A stretch of DNA of 40,647 nucleotides, taken from positions 1 to 40,647 of the forward strand of contig CAAGRP010000090.1 in assembly GCA_900772685.1 (NCBI GenBank), given 5' to 3'. The position numbers were made by a program, and so were the translations under genes. The stretch comes from Lachnospiraceae bacterium (GTDB lineage Bacteria; Bacillota; Clostridia; Lachnospirales; Lachnospiraceae). Shown piece by piece: positions 7,802 to 18,141 of the stretch. The notes beneath the pieces were generated by a model. The model was given only the letters and a program-made list of their open reading frames with translations. It had not been told where the DNA came from and ran no database searches. Within the stretch, counting starts at the first letter, position 1. The number at the start of each line of letters is the position of its first letter.

Positions 7802-9100
7802 TCAGATCTTACGTTTATCTATTACTCTGACAGCTTTTCCCTCGCTTCGTGCGATACTCTTAGGATCAACAAGATGTACCTTAACGAGGATTCCGAGCAT
7901 TGCCTTAAGGGCAGAAACAAGCTTCTTTTCCTTTTCCGCAAGCTTACCTAAGTTATCGGAAAAGCTTTCGGCTGTCATTTCAACAAATACCTCAATGGTA
8001 TCCGTTGTCTTAACCCTGTCAACTACGATCTGGTAGTTGGATGTATATCCCTGCTCCATGAGTACCGATTCGATCTGTGACGGGAATACGTTTACTCCCT
8101 TAACAATGAGCATATCGTCACTTCTTCCCATCGGCTTTGTCATCTTTATGTGAGTCCTTCCGCATGAGCATTTCTCGTTTGAAAGAACACATATATCTTT
8201 GGTCCTGTAGCGAAGGAGCGGGAATGCCTTCTTTGTAATGCATGTAAATACAAGCTCTCCCTGACTTCCCATAGGAAGCACTTCCTCAGTCTTTGGATCT
8301 ATGATCTCTGCAATAAAATGATCTTCGTTTATATGCATTCCGTTCTGCTCGGAGCATTCGAATGCAACTCCGGGTCCCGAAATCTCCGTAAGACCGTATA
8401 TATCATATGCCTTGATGCCAAGCTTCTGCTCGATGTCATGACGCATTTCTTCGCTCCATGCTTCCGCACCGAAAATACCTGCTTTAAGCCTGATCTTGTC
8501 CTTAAGACCTCTCTCCTCTATACACTCTCCAAGATATGATGCATACGAAGGTGTACAGCAAAGAAGAGTAGAGCCAAGGTCTGTCATAAACTGAAGCTGA
8601 CGCTCGGTGTTTCCCGATGACATAGGAAGAGTCATACATCCAACCTTATGGCTTCCTCCGTTAAATCCGGCTCCTCCGGTAAAAAGACCGAAACCGTAGC
8701 TTATCTGACATATATCTTCATTTGTTGCCCCTGCAGCCATAATAGCTCTTGCACAGCAGTTTTCCCAAAGATCTATATCTTCTTTTGTATAAAAAGCAAT
8801 AACTCGTTTTCCTGTAGTTCCCGATGTCGACTGTATACGCACTACATCATCCTTTGGAACACCCAGAAGTCCGAAAGGATATGCATCTCTGAGATCCGTC
8901 TTACAGATGAACGGCAGCTTATGAAGGTCTTCAACTCCCTTTATATCCTCGGGAGTAACTCCCTTTTTTTCCATCTTCTTTCTATAGTAAGGAACGTTAT
9001 TCCATACATGCTTAACCTGCTCTACAAGGCGCTCATCCTGCCACGCCCGGATCTGAGCCCGGGACGCACACTCGATCTCCTCTTGATAATACCTCTCCAT
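7802..9100 (-). CDS. paaK: Phenylacetate-CoA ligase family protein
   Basis: 432 aa. AMP-binding motif STSGTTGKR; PaaK-type size and C-terminal domain. Confidence 0.9.
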   Translation of the reverse strand: MERYYQEEIECASRAQIRAWQDERLVEQVKHVWNNVPYYRKKMEKKGVTPEDIKGVEDLHKLPFICKTDLRDAYPFGLLGVPKDDVVRIQSTSGTTGKRVIAFYTKEDIDLWENCCARAIMAAGATNEDICQISYGFGLFTGGAGFNGGSHKVGCMTLPMSSGNTERQLQFMTDLGSTLLCCTPSYASYLGECIEERGLKDKIRLKAGIFGAEAWSEEMRHDIEQKLGIKAYDIYGLTEISGPGVAFECSEQNGMHINEDHFIAEIIDPKTEEVLPMGSQGELVFTCITKKAFPLLRYRTKDICVLSNEKCSCGRTHIKMTKPMGRSDDMLIVKGVNVFPSQIESVLMEQGYTSNYQIVVDRVKTTDTIEVFVEMTAESFSDNLGKLAEKEKKLVSALKAMLGILVKVHLVDPKSIARSEGKAVRVIDKRKI

Positions 9101-9115
9101 CGGTGACCCCTTTCG

Positions 9116-9688
9116 TTATGCTTCTCTTCCAAGCATAAATGCTTTTTTATTCATTTCTATGAACTTAGGCGGAACGCTCTGTTCGATTGCCTCGATCCAT
9201 GTTTCCTCGGAAAAATCGAAATATTTCGATATCCTTCCCATAAGTACGAGGTTTACCGCCTTCGAAGAGCCTGCCTCCTCGGCAAGCTTCAGTGCATCGA
9301 ATGCATCCACATGGATACCCTTTGCTCTCATCTTTTCAACAAGCTCCGAAGGATATTCGGCGGCACCCGTTATAACAGGCATAGGATTGATCTGCTGTGA
9401 ATTTGTTATTATCTTTCCGTCCTTCTTAAGATACTCTGTCCACCTTGCAGCTTCCAGAAGCTCAAATGAAAGAATAAGATCAGCCTCACCCTTGTCTATT
9501 ATCGGGGAATAAACGTGCTCTCCGTAACGTACATAAGTGACAACGTTTCCTCCTCGCTGGCTCATACCGTGAACCTCGCTTACCTTTACGTCATATCCCT
9601 TTGTAATGAGCAGTCTTCCGAGCAGCTTACTTGCAAGAAGAGTTCCCTGTCCGCCTACTCCGACTATCATGATATTCTTTGTAGCCAT
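9116..9688 (-). CDS. iorB: Indolepyruvate ferredoxin oxidoreductase subunit beta
   Basis: 190 aa. GVGGQG nucleotide-type loop; position immediately after iorA. Confidence 0.9.
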   Translation of the reverse strand: MATKNIMIVGVGGQGTLLASKLLGRLLITKGYDVKVSEVHGMSQRGGNVVTYVRYGEHVYSPIIDKGEADLILSFELLEAARWTEYLKKDGKIITNSQQINPMPVITGAAEYPSELVEKMRAKGIHVDAFDALKLAEEAGSSKAVNLVLMGRISKYFDFSEETWIEAIEQSVPPKFIEMNKKAFMLGREA

Positions 9689-9691
9689 CTC

Positions 9692-11434
9692 TTAACCCTC
9701 CTTCCTTGCATCCAGTGCGCCTAATTTGCAAAGCTGTCCGCATACTCCGCAGCCTGTGCACAGAGTATTGTCTATAACAGCCTTTTTGTCAACTATACTT
9801 ATAGCAGGACATCCTATCTGCATGCAGGATCTGCAGCCTACACACTTAGAGCTGTCGCAGGAGATAGGTCCCGGATGCTTAACATATTTGAGAAGTGCAC
9901 ACGGACGTCTTGATATGATGACCGAAGGCTCCTTAACCTCAAGCTCTTCTTTTAATACCTCATCACACTGCTTAAGATCATAAGGATCAACTACCCTTAC
10001 TCTCTTTATACCAACGGCGTGGCAGAGTGCTTCAAGATCGATCTTGGTACACGGATCACCCTTGAGGTTGAATCCTGTGGTAGGATTCTGCTGATGTCCC
10101 GTCATTCCCGTAATAGAGTTATCAAGGATAATGACTGTGGAATTTGATTCGTTGTATGCTATGTTGATAAGTCCCGTTACTCCGGAATGCATAAAGGTCG
10201 AATCACCTATAACAGCTACGGTTTTATCGTCGCTGCTGCCTTCATTTGCCTTATTAAATCCATGGATACCCGAAACCGATGCTCCCATGCATATCGTATA
10301 TTCGATGGAATTAAGCGGTGCTACCGCGCCCAATGTATAGCATCCGATATCGCCAAGTACCGTGACCTTATTTTTCTTTAATGTATAGAAAAGACCTCTG
10401 TGAGGACATCCCGCACACATAACAGGCGGACGTACCGGTATGGCATCCTCAAGCTTCTCTCCTTTTTCAATCTCTACTCCAAGCTTTTTAGCTACGATAT
10501 TCTGGCTGAATTCTCCGAGATATCCAAAGAGCTCCTTGCCATTTACCTCAACGCCTATATTTCTGCAGTGTGTCTCGATTATCGGATCAAGTTCTTCAAC
10601 AACGATAACCTGTTTTACGGTTGCGGCAAAGCGTTTGATAATATCCTCGGGAAGAGGATTTACAAGTCCGAGCTTCAATACCGGATACTTGTCTGCAAAA
10701 ACCTCTTTCACATACTGATAGCAGGTAGAGGAAGTGATTATTCCTATGCTTGTATCCTTTCCGTCCTCAACTCTGTTGAGCGGTGTTATCTCCGCATATG
10801 CCGCAAGAGCCTTTGTCCTCTCCTCAACTATAGGATGACGTCTTATCGCATTTCCCGGCATCATAACATATTTTGCAATATTCTTTTCATAAGGGATCTG
10901 CTCGGGAACTACTCTGTCAGAAGTCTCGATAATGCTCTGTGAATGCGCGACTCTTGTGCACATCTTTATAATGAACGGAGTATCGAATTTTTCTGAAAGT
11001 TCAAATGCAAGCTTTGTATACTCAAGTGATTCGGCTGAATCAGATGGCTCGATCATAGGAAGCTTTGCAGCTATCGCATAATGTCTGGAATCCTGCTCGT
11101 TCTGTGAACTGTGCATACCGGGGTCATCAGCAACGGCAATGACCATACCACCGTTAACGCCTGTATAAGAAATAGTAAATAAAGGATCTGCGCAAACGTT
11201 CATTCCGACATGCTTCATCCCGCAGAAGCTTCTTTTTCCGGCAAAGCTCGCACCGAAAGCAGCTTCCATAGCCACCTTCTCGTTCGGAGCCCATTCAGCA
11301 TAGACCTCCGGATACTTTGCAACCATCTCTGTTATCTCGGTACTGGGTGTACCCGGATAACTCGATACAAAGCTGCATCCGGCTTCATATAAACCTCTGG
11401 CAACCGCTTCGTTGCCGAGCATCAGTTTTTTCAT
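9692..11434 (-). CDS. iorA: Indolepyruvate ferredoxin oxidoreductase subunit alpha
   Basis: 580 aa. TPP-binding region (GDSTFMHSG) and C-terminal 2x CxxCxxCxxxCP ferredoxin motifs. Confidence 0.92.
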   Translation of the reverse strand: MKKLMLGNEAVARGLYEAGCSFVSSYPGTPSTEITEMVAKYPEVYAEWAPNEKVAMEAAFGASFAGKRSFCGMKHVGMNVCADPLFTISYTGVNGGMVIAVADDPGMHSSQNEQDSRHYAIAAKLPMIEPSDSAESLEYTKLAFELSEKFDTPFIIKMCTRVAHSQSIIETSDRVVPEQIPYEKNIAKYVMMPGNAIRRHPIVEERTKALAAYAEITPLNRVEDGKDTSIGIITSSTCYQYVKEVFADKYPVLKLGLVNPLPEDIIKRFAATVKQVIVVEELDPIIETHCRNIGVEVNGKELFGYLGEFSQNIVAKKLGVEIEKGEKLEDAIPVRPPVMCAGCPHRGLFYTLKKNKVTVLGDIGCYTLGAVAPLNSIEYTICMGASVSGIHGFNKANEGSSDDKTVAVIGDSTFMHSGVTGLINIAYNESNSTVIILDNSITGMTGHQQNPTTGFNLKGDPCTKIDLEALCHAVGIKRVRVVDPYDLKQCDEVLKEELEVKEPSVIISRRPCALLKYVKHPGPISCDSSKCVGCRSCMQIGCPAISIVDKKAVIDNTLCTGCGVCGQLCKLGALDARKEG

Positions 11435-11490
11435 ATTCTCTCTCCACCTTATCTGTAATTAGAAGTCTGATGTAAAAAATCTTTACTATT

Positions 11491-13128
11491 TTACCTTGTA
11501 ATCTGAGCTTCTACAAGTCTTCCGTGATAATATCTTTTTCTAAGTACAGGTTTTTCTATCTTTCCTGTCGGATTTCTCGGTATCTTATCAAAAATGACCT
11601 TTCTCGGACGCTTATATCTGGGAAGTCCGAGGCAGAATTCATTGATCTCCGCTTCAGAGCATTCAAAACCTTCCTTGATCTCTATTATTGCCGCGGATAT
11701 CTCTCCGAGTCTGGTATCCGGAAGTCCTATGACCGCAACATCCTTTATCTTGTTATTCTTCCTTAAGAAGTCCTCTATCTGTACCGGATAGATATTCTCT
11801 CCTCCCGAAATGATAACATCCTTCTTTCTGTCCACAAGATAAATAAAGCCATCTTCATCCATACGTGCCATATCTCCCGTAAGAAGCCAGTCGCCCCAGA
11901 GGATCTCTTTTGTTGCCTCCTGGTTCTTGTAGTAGCACTTCATAACTCCCGGTCCCTTTACGGCAAGCTCTCCGACCTCGCCCTGCTCTACATCATTGCG
12001 GTTTTCATCCACGATCCTTGTTTCCCACTGGTATCCGGCCTTTCCTATGGCACCTACCTTGTTGATGTTTTCAAGCCCGAGATGAACGCAGCCCGGTCCC
12101 AGAGACTCGCTGAGTCCGTAGTTTGTATCATATTTGTGGTTCGGGAAATGCTTTTCCCATCTTTCGATAAGACTCGGCGGAACAGGCTGTGCACCTATAT
12201 GCATAAGTCTCCACTGTGCAAGATGGAAGTTTTCAAGATGTATCTTTCCCGACTCTATGGCATCGAGTATATCCTGCGCCCACGGAACAAGCAGCCAGAC
12301 TATCGTACATCTTTCACGGCTTACCGTTCTTATTATATTGTCCGGAGTAACGCCTCTTAAAAGAACCGCCTTTGACGCTGATATCAGACTTCCGAACCAG
12401 TGCATCTTGGCACCTGTATGATAGAGCGGAGGAATGCAAAGGAATACATCTCCCCTCTGCTGTCCATGATGGTGCTGCTCCGTAACACATGATGCATAAA
12501 GACCCCTGTGGTCATGCAGTATGGCCTTCGGAAATCCCGTAGTACCCGAAGAAAAATAAATAGCGGCATAATCGCTTTCTTTTATCTCAACAGGCGGTGC
12601 GGTAGATGAGCAGAATGACATGAGCTTCCAGCACTCCTCTGCATATGCCGGACCGTTCTTGCCTACGAAGAACATGATCTTTATAAAAGGCATATCATTT
12701 GCTACAGCATCTATTCTTTCGATAAACTCGGGACCGAATACCAGCACCTCGACATCCGCAAGGTCTGCACAGTATTTTATCTCATCCGATGAATACCTAA
12801 AGTTCATAGGTACGGCAATGCAGCCTGCCTTTAATATTCCGAAATATATAGGCAGCCATTCTATACAATTCATAAGAAGGATTCCCACCTTCGTCTCCCT
12901 ATGTATGCCGCGGCTCAGAAGAAGATTTGCAAAACGGTTTGCCTTGCTGTCAAATTCGCGCCAGGTTATCTCTCTCCTTAAAGGCGTTCCGTCCTCTGCA
13001 ATCTCTATAAGGTTTGCTTCCTTCCATGTTGCCGTTTTCTGATATTCCTCAACGGGATTTACCTCTACAAGCGCAACCTCATCCTTGTAGAGTCTGGCAT
13101 TTCTCTCCAAAAGATCGGTAATAACCAT
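11491..13128 (-). CDS. AMP-dependent acyl-CoA ligase (class I adenylate-forming enzyme)
   Basis: 545 aa. Motifs YFSSGTTGFPK, TGD, GKIEK. Confidence 0.88.
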   Translation of the reverse strand: MVITDLLERNARLYKDEVALVEVNPVEEYQKTATWKEANLIEIAEDGTPLRREITWREFDSKANRFANLLLSRGIHRETKVGILLMNCIEWLPIYFGILKAGCIAVPMNFRYSSDEIKYCADLADVEVLVFGPEFIERIDAVANDMPFIKIMFFVGKNGPAYAEECWKLMSFCSSTAPPVEIKESDYAAIYFSSGTTGFPKAILHDHRGLYASCVTEQHHHGQQRGDVFLCIPPLYHTGAKMHWFGSLISASKAVLLRGVTPDNIIRTVSRERCTIVWLLVPWAQDILDAIESGKIHLENFHLAQWRLMHIGAQPVPPSLIERWEKHFPNHKYDTNYGLSESLGPGCVHLGLENINKVGAIGKAGYQWETRIVDENRNDVEQGEVGELAVKGPGVMKCYYKNQEATKEILWGDWLLTGDMARMDEDGFIYLVDRKKDVIISGGENIYPVQIEDFLRKNNKIKDVAVIGLPDTRLGEISAAIIEIKEGFECSEAEINEFCLGLPRYKRPRKVIFDKIPRNPTGKIEKPVLRKRYYHGRLVEAQITR

Positions 13129-13163
13129 AATTCTTTCCTCTCATCCACTGATTACTCAACTCC

Positions 13164-13191
13164 AAAAAAACCTCTGTGCACAGCACAGAGG
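13164..13191 (-). terminator. Rho-independent terminator after the Xer-like gene
   Basis: Stem CCTCTGTGC (13171-13179) / GCACAGAGG (13183-13191). The A7 run at 13164-13170 on plus is a T-run on minus. Confidence 0.65.
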
Positions 13192-13218
13192 AGTTTCTTC
13201 TGAAATAGCCTTTTTACT

Positions 13219-14013
13219 TTAGCACGTAAAACCGCTGAAGTCAACAGTTTTACCCTCAAATAAGCATTGTACCGCAAAGGTCTGTCTTAAAAGCTGCGGC
13301 GTGATATCCCTGTTGATATCGGCATCCTTTGCATATTTCTTTAACAGCTTCCAAAATCCCTGTCGGCTCATACCCGCACCCGAGCAGTTTACAAAAAGAT
13401 ATGTGCTCTCGCCGCCCTTTAAAAGGATGTCCCTTGCATGTTCCAGATACAGTGCCAAGGCCTTATCAGCCCTGTCGGAAAAACGGATCCATCTGTCGCT
13501 TTTTTCTCCGTGACAGACTATGCAGCCTCTTTTTATATCCACATCCTGTATTCCAAGCCCTACGAGCTCACTGACTCTTATACCCGTTGCACATAAAAGT
13601 TCAAGCATTGCCCTGTCTCTTATTCCCTTTACCGTATGGCTGTCCGGCTGTTCAAGAAGTCTTTCGATATCGTACTTTGAAAGTATCTCCGGTGTTTTCC
13701 TTTGCACCTTAGGAAGCTTGAGCATCCTTGTCGGATCTGATACCGCGCTTCCGTTTGAAATAAGAAACGCAAAAAAAGACCTAAGTGATGCGATCCTTCT
13801 CGACACGGTAGCTGCCGACATATTTTCACATTCCAGCCACAGCATGTACGAATTCATGTTCACTTCGGTTATCTCTTCCGGCTTATCTATATTATGCTCT
13901 TTAAAATACTCTGCCGCTTTTCTTATATCTCTTTCATACGATAACTCGGTATTGTATGAAACCTTCCTGACATTATGCAGATAATCAATATAATCCTGAA
14001 TTGCTCTTTCCAT
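13219..14013 (-). CDS. XerD-like tyrosine recombinase homologue lacking the catalytic C-terminus
   Basis: 264 aa. Normal N-terminal SAM-like domain and ATGIRVSEL (Arg I). The H-x-x-R-H box reads QLLRQ, and the protein stops (…FEGKTVDFSGFTC*) before the LGH...Y segment. A terminator follows directly, so no frameshifted remainder exists. Confidence 0.8.
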   Translation of the reverse strand: MERAIQDYIDYLHNVRKVSYNTELSYERDIRKAAEYFKEHNIDKPEEITEVNMNSYMLWLECENMSAATVSRRIASLRSFFAFLISNGSAVSDPTRMLKLPKVQRKTPEILSKYDIERLLEQPDSHTVKGIRDRAMLELLCATGIRVSELVGLGIQDVDIKRGCIVCHGEKSDRWIRFSDRADKALALYLEHARDILLKGGESTYLFVNCSGAGMSRQGFWKLLKKYAKDADINRDITPQLLRQTFAVQCLFEGKTVDFSGFTC

Positions 14014-14368
14014 ATGTTCCTCTTATGCCCCGAAACTATATTTGTAAGCACAATTCACCCTTCAATTCCCAAAAACATTATATAGTCAAACCTCACAAAA
14101 TGCAAACATCATTTTGCCGCTCATTTGTACAAAAACACTGTATTTTCCTCAAAAAAGACAAAATATAGATGTCCCGGCAGCTTCTGTCAACTATATATTG
14201 TAAAAAATTCCGTAAAATTTATTTTCAAAATTTAAAAATCCGTATTTTACATGTGTCTTTATTTTTGCTATTCTAAAACATTGTAAATGCTAACATGATG
14301 ATAGCGGAGACAAAATATCCCTTTGTCCCGACATTATAATTTACTTTGAACGAACGGGAGATATATTA

Positions 14369-15247
14369 ATGAAGATATCCAAATTATTAAAGCAAGACAA
14401 ACGACGTATTTCATTTGAGGTTTTTCCGCCAAAGACAAGTACCTCCTTTGATAATGTCATGTCAGCCGCAAAACAGATAGCATCCTTAAAGCCTGCTTTT
14501 GTCAGCATAACCTACGGCGCAGGCGGCGGCACAAGCCGTTATACACTCGACATCGCAAAGAGCATACAGGATGATATGCAGGTTCCGGCTCTTGCACATC
14601 TTACATGTGTATCTTCAAGCCGTGAAACCATACATGAACGTATAAACGATATCAAAACATCAGGGATCTCGAATGTCCTCGCATTAAGAGGCGACCTCAC
14701 CCCGGAGATGGAAGCCGGCGGCCTTGTATCCAGAGACTACCATCATGCCACCGAACTCATAAAAGAGCTTAAAGCCGCAGACCCTTCATTCTGCATCGGC
14801 GGTGCATGCTACCCGGAGGTTCATCCTGAAAGTCCGAATCAGGCCGAGGATATAAAACACATAAAGGAAAAGGTCGATGCGGGCTGTGAATTCCTTACGA
14901 CCCAGATGTTTTTCGACAACAACCTGTTCTATAACTTCCTATATAAAATAAGAGAAGCCGGCATAACTGTTCCTATCATTCCCGGAATAATGCCGATAAC
15001 AAGGGCAAATCAGGTCGAGCGTGCCATAAAGCTTTCAGGCTCTTTCATGCCGCAGCGCTTCAAGAGCATTGTCGACCGCTTCGGTGACGACCCGGAGGCA
15101 ATGAAGCAGGCCGGCATCGCATATGCCACCGATCAGATAATAGATCTTTACGCAAACGGCATAAAGCTCGTTCATATATATTCCATGAACAAGCCCGACG
15201 TTGCCGAAAAGATAACCGATAATCTTTCAAACATTATTAATAAATGA
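14369..15247 (+). CDS. metF: Methylenetetrahydrofolate reductase
   Basis: 292 aa. SFEVFPPKT, ITYGAGG and LRGD motifs typical of MetF. Confidence 0.92.
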   Translation: MKISKLLKQDKRRISFEVFPPKTSTSFDNVMSAAKQIASLKPAFVSITYGAGGGTSRYTLDIAKSIQDDMQVPALAHLTCVSSSRETIHERINDIKTSGISNVLALRGDLTPEMEAGGLVSRDYHHATELIKELKAADPSFCIGGACYPEVHPESPNQAEDIKHIKEKVDAGCEFLTTQMFFDNNLFYNFLYKIREAGITVPIIPGIMPITRANQVERAIKLSGSFMPQRFKSIVDRFGDDPEAMKQAGIAYATDQIIDLYANGIKLVHIYSMNKPDVAEKITDNLSNIINK

Positions 15248-15264
15248 TCCCAGGAGAACCTTCA

Positions 15265-17688
15265 ATGCTTGTTACCGAATATATCAAAGAGCACATAACA
15301 TATCTTGACGGAGGCATCGGCACTCTGCTTCAGGAAAAAGGGCTTAAGCCGGGTGAACTTCCGGAAAAATGGAACATCACGGCTCCCGATATGATCAGAT
15401 CCATACACAGATCATACTTTGATGCCGGAAGTAATATCGTCATATCCAATACCTTCGGCGCAAACTCGTTTAAGTTTTCGGACAGTGAGCTCGATGAAAT
15501 CTTAGGTGCGGCAATAAACAACGTAAAAGAGGCCGCTGCCGAAAGTACCTCATCACAGCCAAAATTCACTGCTCTTGATATAGGCCCTTTAGGCAGACTT
15601 TTAAAGCCACTCGGCAACCTTGATTTTGAAGAAGCCGTTTCTGTATTTAAGAAGACAATATCGATCGGTGCAAAATATTCTCCCGATCTCATCTTTATAG
15701 AGACCATGAACGACTGCTATGAAACCAAGGCCGCTCTCCTTGCGGCAAAGGAGGCCTGTGATCTTCCTGTTTTTGTTTCCAATGCATACAGCGAGAACGG
15801 AAAGCTGATGACAGGTGCCGATCCTGCCGCTATGGTCGCAATGCTCGAGGGCATGGGTGCTGACGCAATCGGAGTAAACTGCTCCCTTGGTCCTAAGCAG
15901 CTGTCAAAGGTAGTAGACGAGTACCTTAAATATGCTTCTGTTCCGGTACTTGTAAAGCCGAATGCCGGACTTCCCGCAATAAAAGACGGAAAGACCGTTT
16001 ATAATGTTCTTCCGGATGAGTTTTCCGAGGACGTAGGCGAGTTTATAAAAAAAGGAGTACGTATCGCAGGCGGATGCTGCGGAACGACTCCCACTCATAT
16101 AAATGCGGTAGTAACCAAGACAAAAAACATGACTCCTGTCGAGATCGGCATGAAGCATTTTACATATGTTTCTTCCTATACACATGCCGTAATTTTTGAC
16201 AGATCACCTATCCTGATAGGCGAAAGGATAAATCCTACCGGCAAAAAGCGTCTCAAACAGGCTCTTGTCGAAAAAGACATGGATTATATCCTTGATCAGG
16301 GAATCTCCGAGCAGGAAAAGGGCGTTCAGGTGATCGATGTAAATGTGGGTCTCCCCGAAATAAATGAAGCTGAAATGCTTACAAAGGCAGTCTGCGAGCT
16401 TCAGGCTGTTATCGATCTTCCTCTTCAGATCGATACCTCGGATCCGATTGCAATGGAGCAGGCTCTTCGCCGTTATAACGGAAAAGCCATGATCAATTCC
16501 GTAAGCGGAAAACAGTCTGTCATGGATGCAATCTTCCCGCTTGCAAAAAAATACGGCGGACTCATCGTAGCTCTTACTCTCGATGATGACGGGATACCTT
16601 CTACCGTAGAAGGAAGAATGAAGATAGCCGAAAAGATACTTAAGGAGGCCGGTAAATACGGTATCGATAAAAAAGATATCATCTTCGATCCGCTTGCCAT
16701 GACGATAAGTGCCGACCCCGATTCGGCAAATGTCACTCTCGCCTGCATCAAAAAGATCAGGGAAGAGCTTGGATGCCATACCTCTCTCGGAGTATCAAAC
16801 GTTTCTTTCGGTCTCCCGTCAAGAAGTATGGTAAACAGTACATTCTTCTCGATCGCAATGCATAACGGTCTTTCTGCCGCTATCATGAATCCGAACTCCG
16901 TAGAGATGCTCGGTGCATACCATGCATTCAGGGCGATTTCGGGACTCGATGACAACTTTGCCGAATATATCGAATTTACTCAGAACAATGTACCGGCAGC
17001 ACCCGCTGCGGCAGCAAGTCCAAAGGCACCCGCAGCTCCTAAGACAAACGATTACGGATCACCGTTAAAAAACGCGATAATAAAGGGGCTCAAGGATAAA
17101 GCCGGCGAACTGACTTCGGAGCTTTTAACCTCTACGGATGCTATGGATATCGTTACGGATGAGATAATACCCGCTCTTGACATTGTCGGAGACGGCTATG
17201 AAAAAGGAAGGATGTTCCTTCCTCAGCTTCTGATGAGTGCCGAATCGGCTCAGGCAGCCTTTGAAAAAATAAAGACCGCAATGCAGAACAGCTTGGAAAA
17301 GACCACTGTAAAATGTCCTTTCGTTATAGCAACCGTAAAAGGTGATATCCACGACATAGGCAAGAATATAGTCAAGCTGATCCTGGAGAATTACGGCTTC
17401 GAAGTTTATGATATGGGAAAGGATGTCCCTGCAACCGATGTAATAGACAAGGTCAAAGAGGTCCACTCCCCGCTTCTCGGTCTGAGTGCCCTTATGACTA
17501 CCACCGTTCCTTCTATGGAAGAGACCATTAAGCTTGCAAGGAAAGAAGCCCCGTGGTGCAAGGTCGTGGTAGGAGGTGCCGTACTCACACAGGAATATGC
17601 CGATATGATCGGTGCGGACAAATACGCAAAGGATGCTATGGACACCGTACGCTATTCCGAAGAGATATACTCTCAGATAAATTCATAA
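15265..17688 (+). CDS. metH: Cobalamin-dependent methionine synthase (Hcy-binding, pterin-binding and B12 domains; no AdoMet activation domain)
   Basis: DxHxxG (GDIHDIGKN), SALMTTT and GGA B12 motifs; GCCGTTP Hcy zinc motif. The track start at 15244 (ATGA overlap with metF) is possible, but ATG 15265 has AGGAGA 8 nt upstream. Confidence 0.9.
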   Translation: MLVTEYIKEHITYLDGGIGTLLQEKGLKPGELPEKWNITAPDMIRSIHRSYFDAGSNIVISNTFGANSFKFSDSELDEILGAAINNVKEAAAESTSSQPKFTALDIGPLGRLLKPLGNLDFEEAVSVFKKTISIGAKYSPDLIFIETMNDCYETKAALLAAKEACDLPVFVSNAYSENGKLMTGADPAAMVAMLEGMGADAIGVNCSLGPKQLSKVVDEYLKYASVPVLVKPNAGLPAIKDGKTVYNVLPDEFSEDVGEFIKKGVRIAGGCCGTTPTHINAVVTKTKNMTPVEIGMKHFTYVSSYTHAVIFDRSPILIGERINPTGKKRLKQALVEKDMDYILDQGISEQEKGVQVIDVNVGLPEINEAEMLTKAVCELQAVIDLPLQIDTSDPIAMEQALRRYNGKAMINSVSGKQSVMDAIFPLAKKYGGLIVALTLDDDGIPSTVEGRMKIAEKILKEAGKYGIDKKDIIFDPLAMTISADPDSANVTLACIKKIREELGCHTSLGVSNVSFGLPSRSMVNSTFFSIAMHNGLSAAIMNPNSVEMLGAYHAFRAISGLDDNFAEYIEFTQNNVPAAPAAAASPKAPAAPKTNDYGSPLKNAIIKGLKDKAGELTSELLTSTDAMDIVTDEIIPALDIVGDGYEKGRMFLPQLLMSAESAQAAFEKIKTAMQNSLEKTTVKCPFVIATVKGDIHDIGKNIVKLILENYGFEVYDMGKDVPATDVIDKVKEVHSPLLGLSALMTTTVPSMEETIKLARKEAPWCKVVVGGAVLTQEYADMIGADKYAKDAMDTVRYSEEIYSQINS

Positions 17689-17724
17689 ACTTTGTTGACA
17701 AACACAGTTATTTTTGTATAATTA

Positions 17725-17771
17725 CTCAAATAGAGCAATGGCGCTCATTAATGCCCTTGCTCTATTTTTTT
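17725..17771 (+). terminator. Rho-independent terminator of metFH
   Basis: Stem ATAGAGCAATGGC / GCCCTTGCTCTAT followed by T7. Flanks and stem are nearly identical to the inverted element at 816-860. Confidence 0.7.
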
Positions 17772-17808
17772 ATGAATTTTTATGCACTATATACACGGAG
17801 GTTTTTAT

Positions 17809-18141
17809 ATGACAGCTATTGCCTGCAAATCCATTACTGTTGACACACTGCTTGATGCGCTTAAAGGCAGCCCGCTTCCCGAACTCATATACAGAAAATA
17901 TCTTGAGCCCATCGCCGAATATGACAAATTCTGCGGCACCGACTACATGGATTTTGTCGCAGACTATATCAAATATGACGGGCACATTAAGACGATCTCC
18001 GAAAAGAGCTATGTCCACCGGAACACTGTACACTACAGGATACGCAAGATAGAGGAGATCCTGGGCTGTGACATCTCAAGGCTCGATACGAAAATGAATA
18101 TAATGATCGCATATGCTTACTACGAGCACATGACGGCCTGA
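17809..18141 (+). CDS. Stand-alone PucR C-terminal HTH domain protein
   Basis: HIKTISEKSYVHRNTVHYRIRKIEEILG is the PucR_C/HTH_30 signature. I prefer ATG 17809 (GGAGG at 17797-17801) to the track start at 17782. Confidence 0.65.
   Translation: MTAIACKSITVDTLLDALKGSPLPELIYRKYLEPIAEYDKFCGTDYMDFVADYIKYDGHIKTISEKSYVHRNTVHYRIRKIEEILGCDISRLDTKMNIMIAYAYYEHMTA

Noticed and set aside
14014-14368. SAM (S-box), T-box or B12 riboswitch upstream of metF-metH
   Set aside because: I looked for the conserved S-box, T-box (AGAGA / GGTGGTACCGCG-type) and B12-box sequences and found none, only a small GACAAA/TTTGTC hairpin. A covariance-model scan would be needed to exclude rarer SAM classes.
1-18141. PucR gene split by an inversion (N-terminal part at 1-603, C-terminal HTH at 17809-18141)
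   Set aside because: The left-edge gene is still open at the window boundary after 201 codons and presumably continues to its own C-terminus. The 17809 ORF has its own RBS and start.
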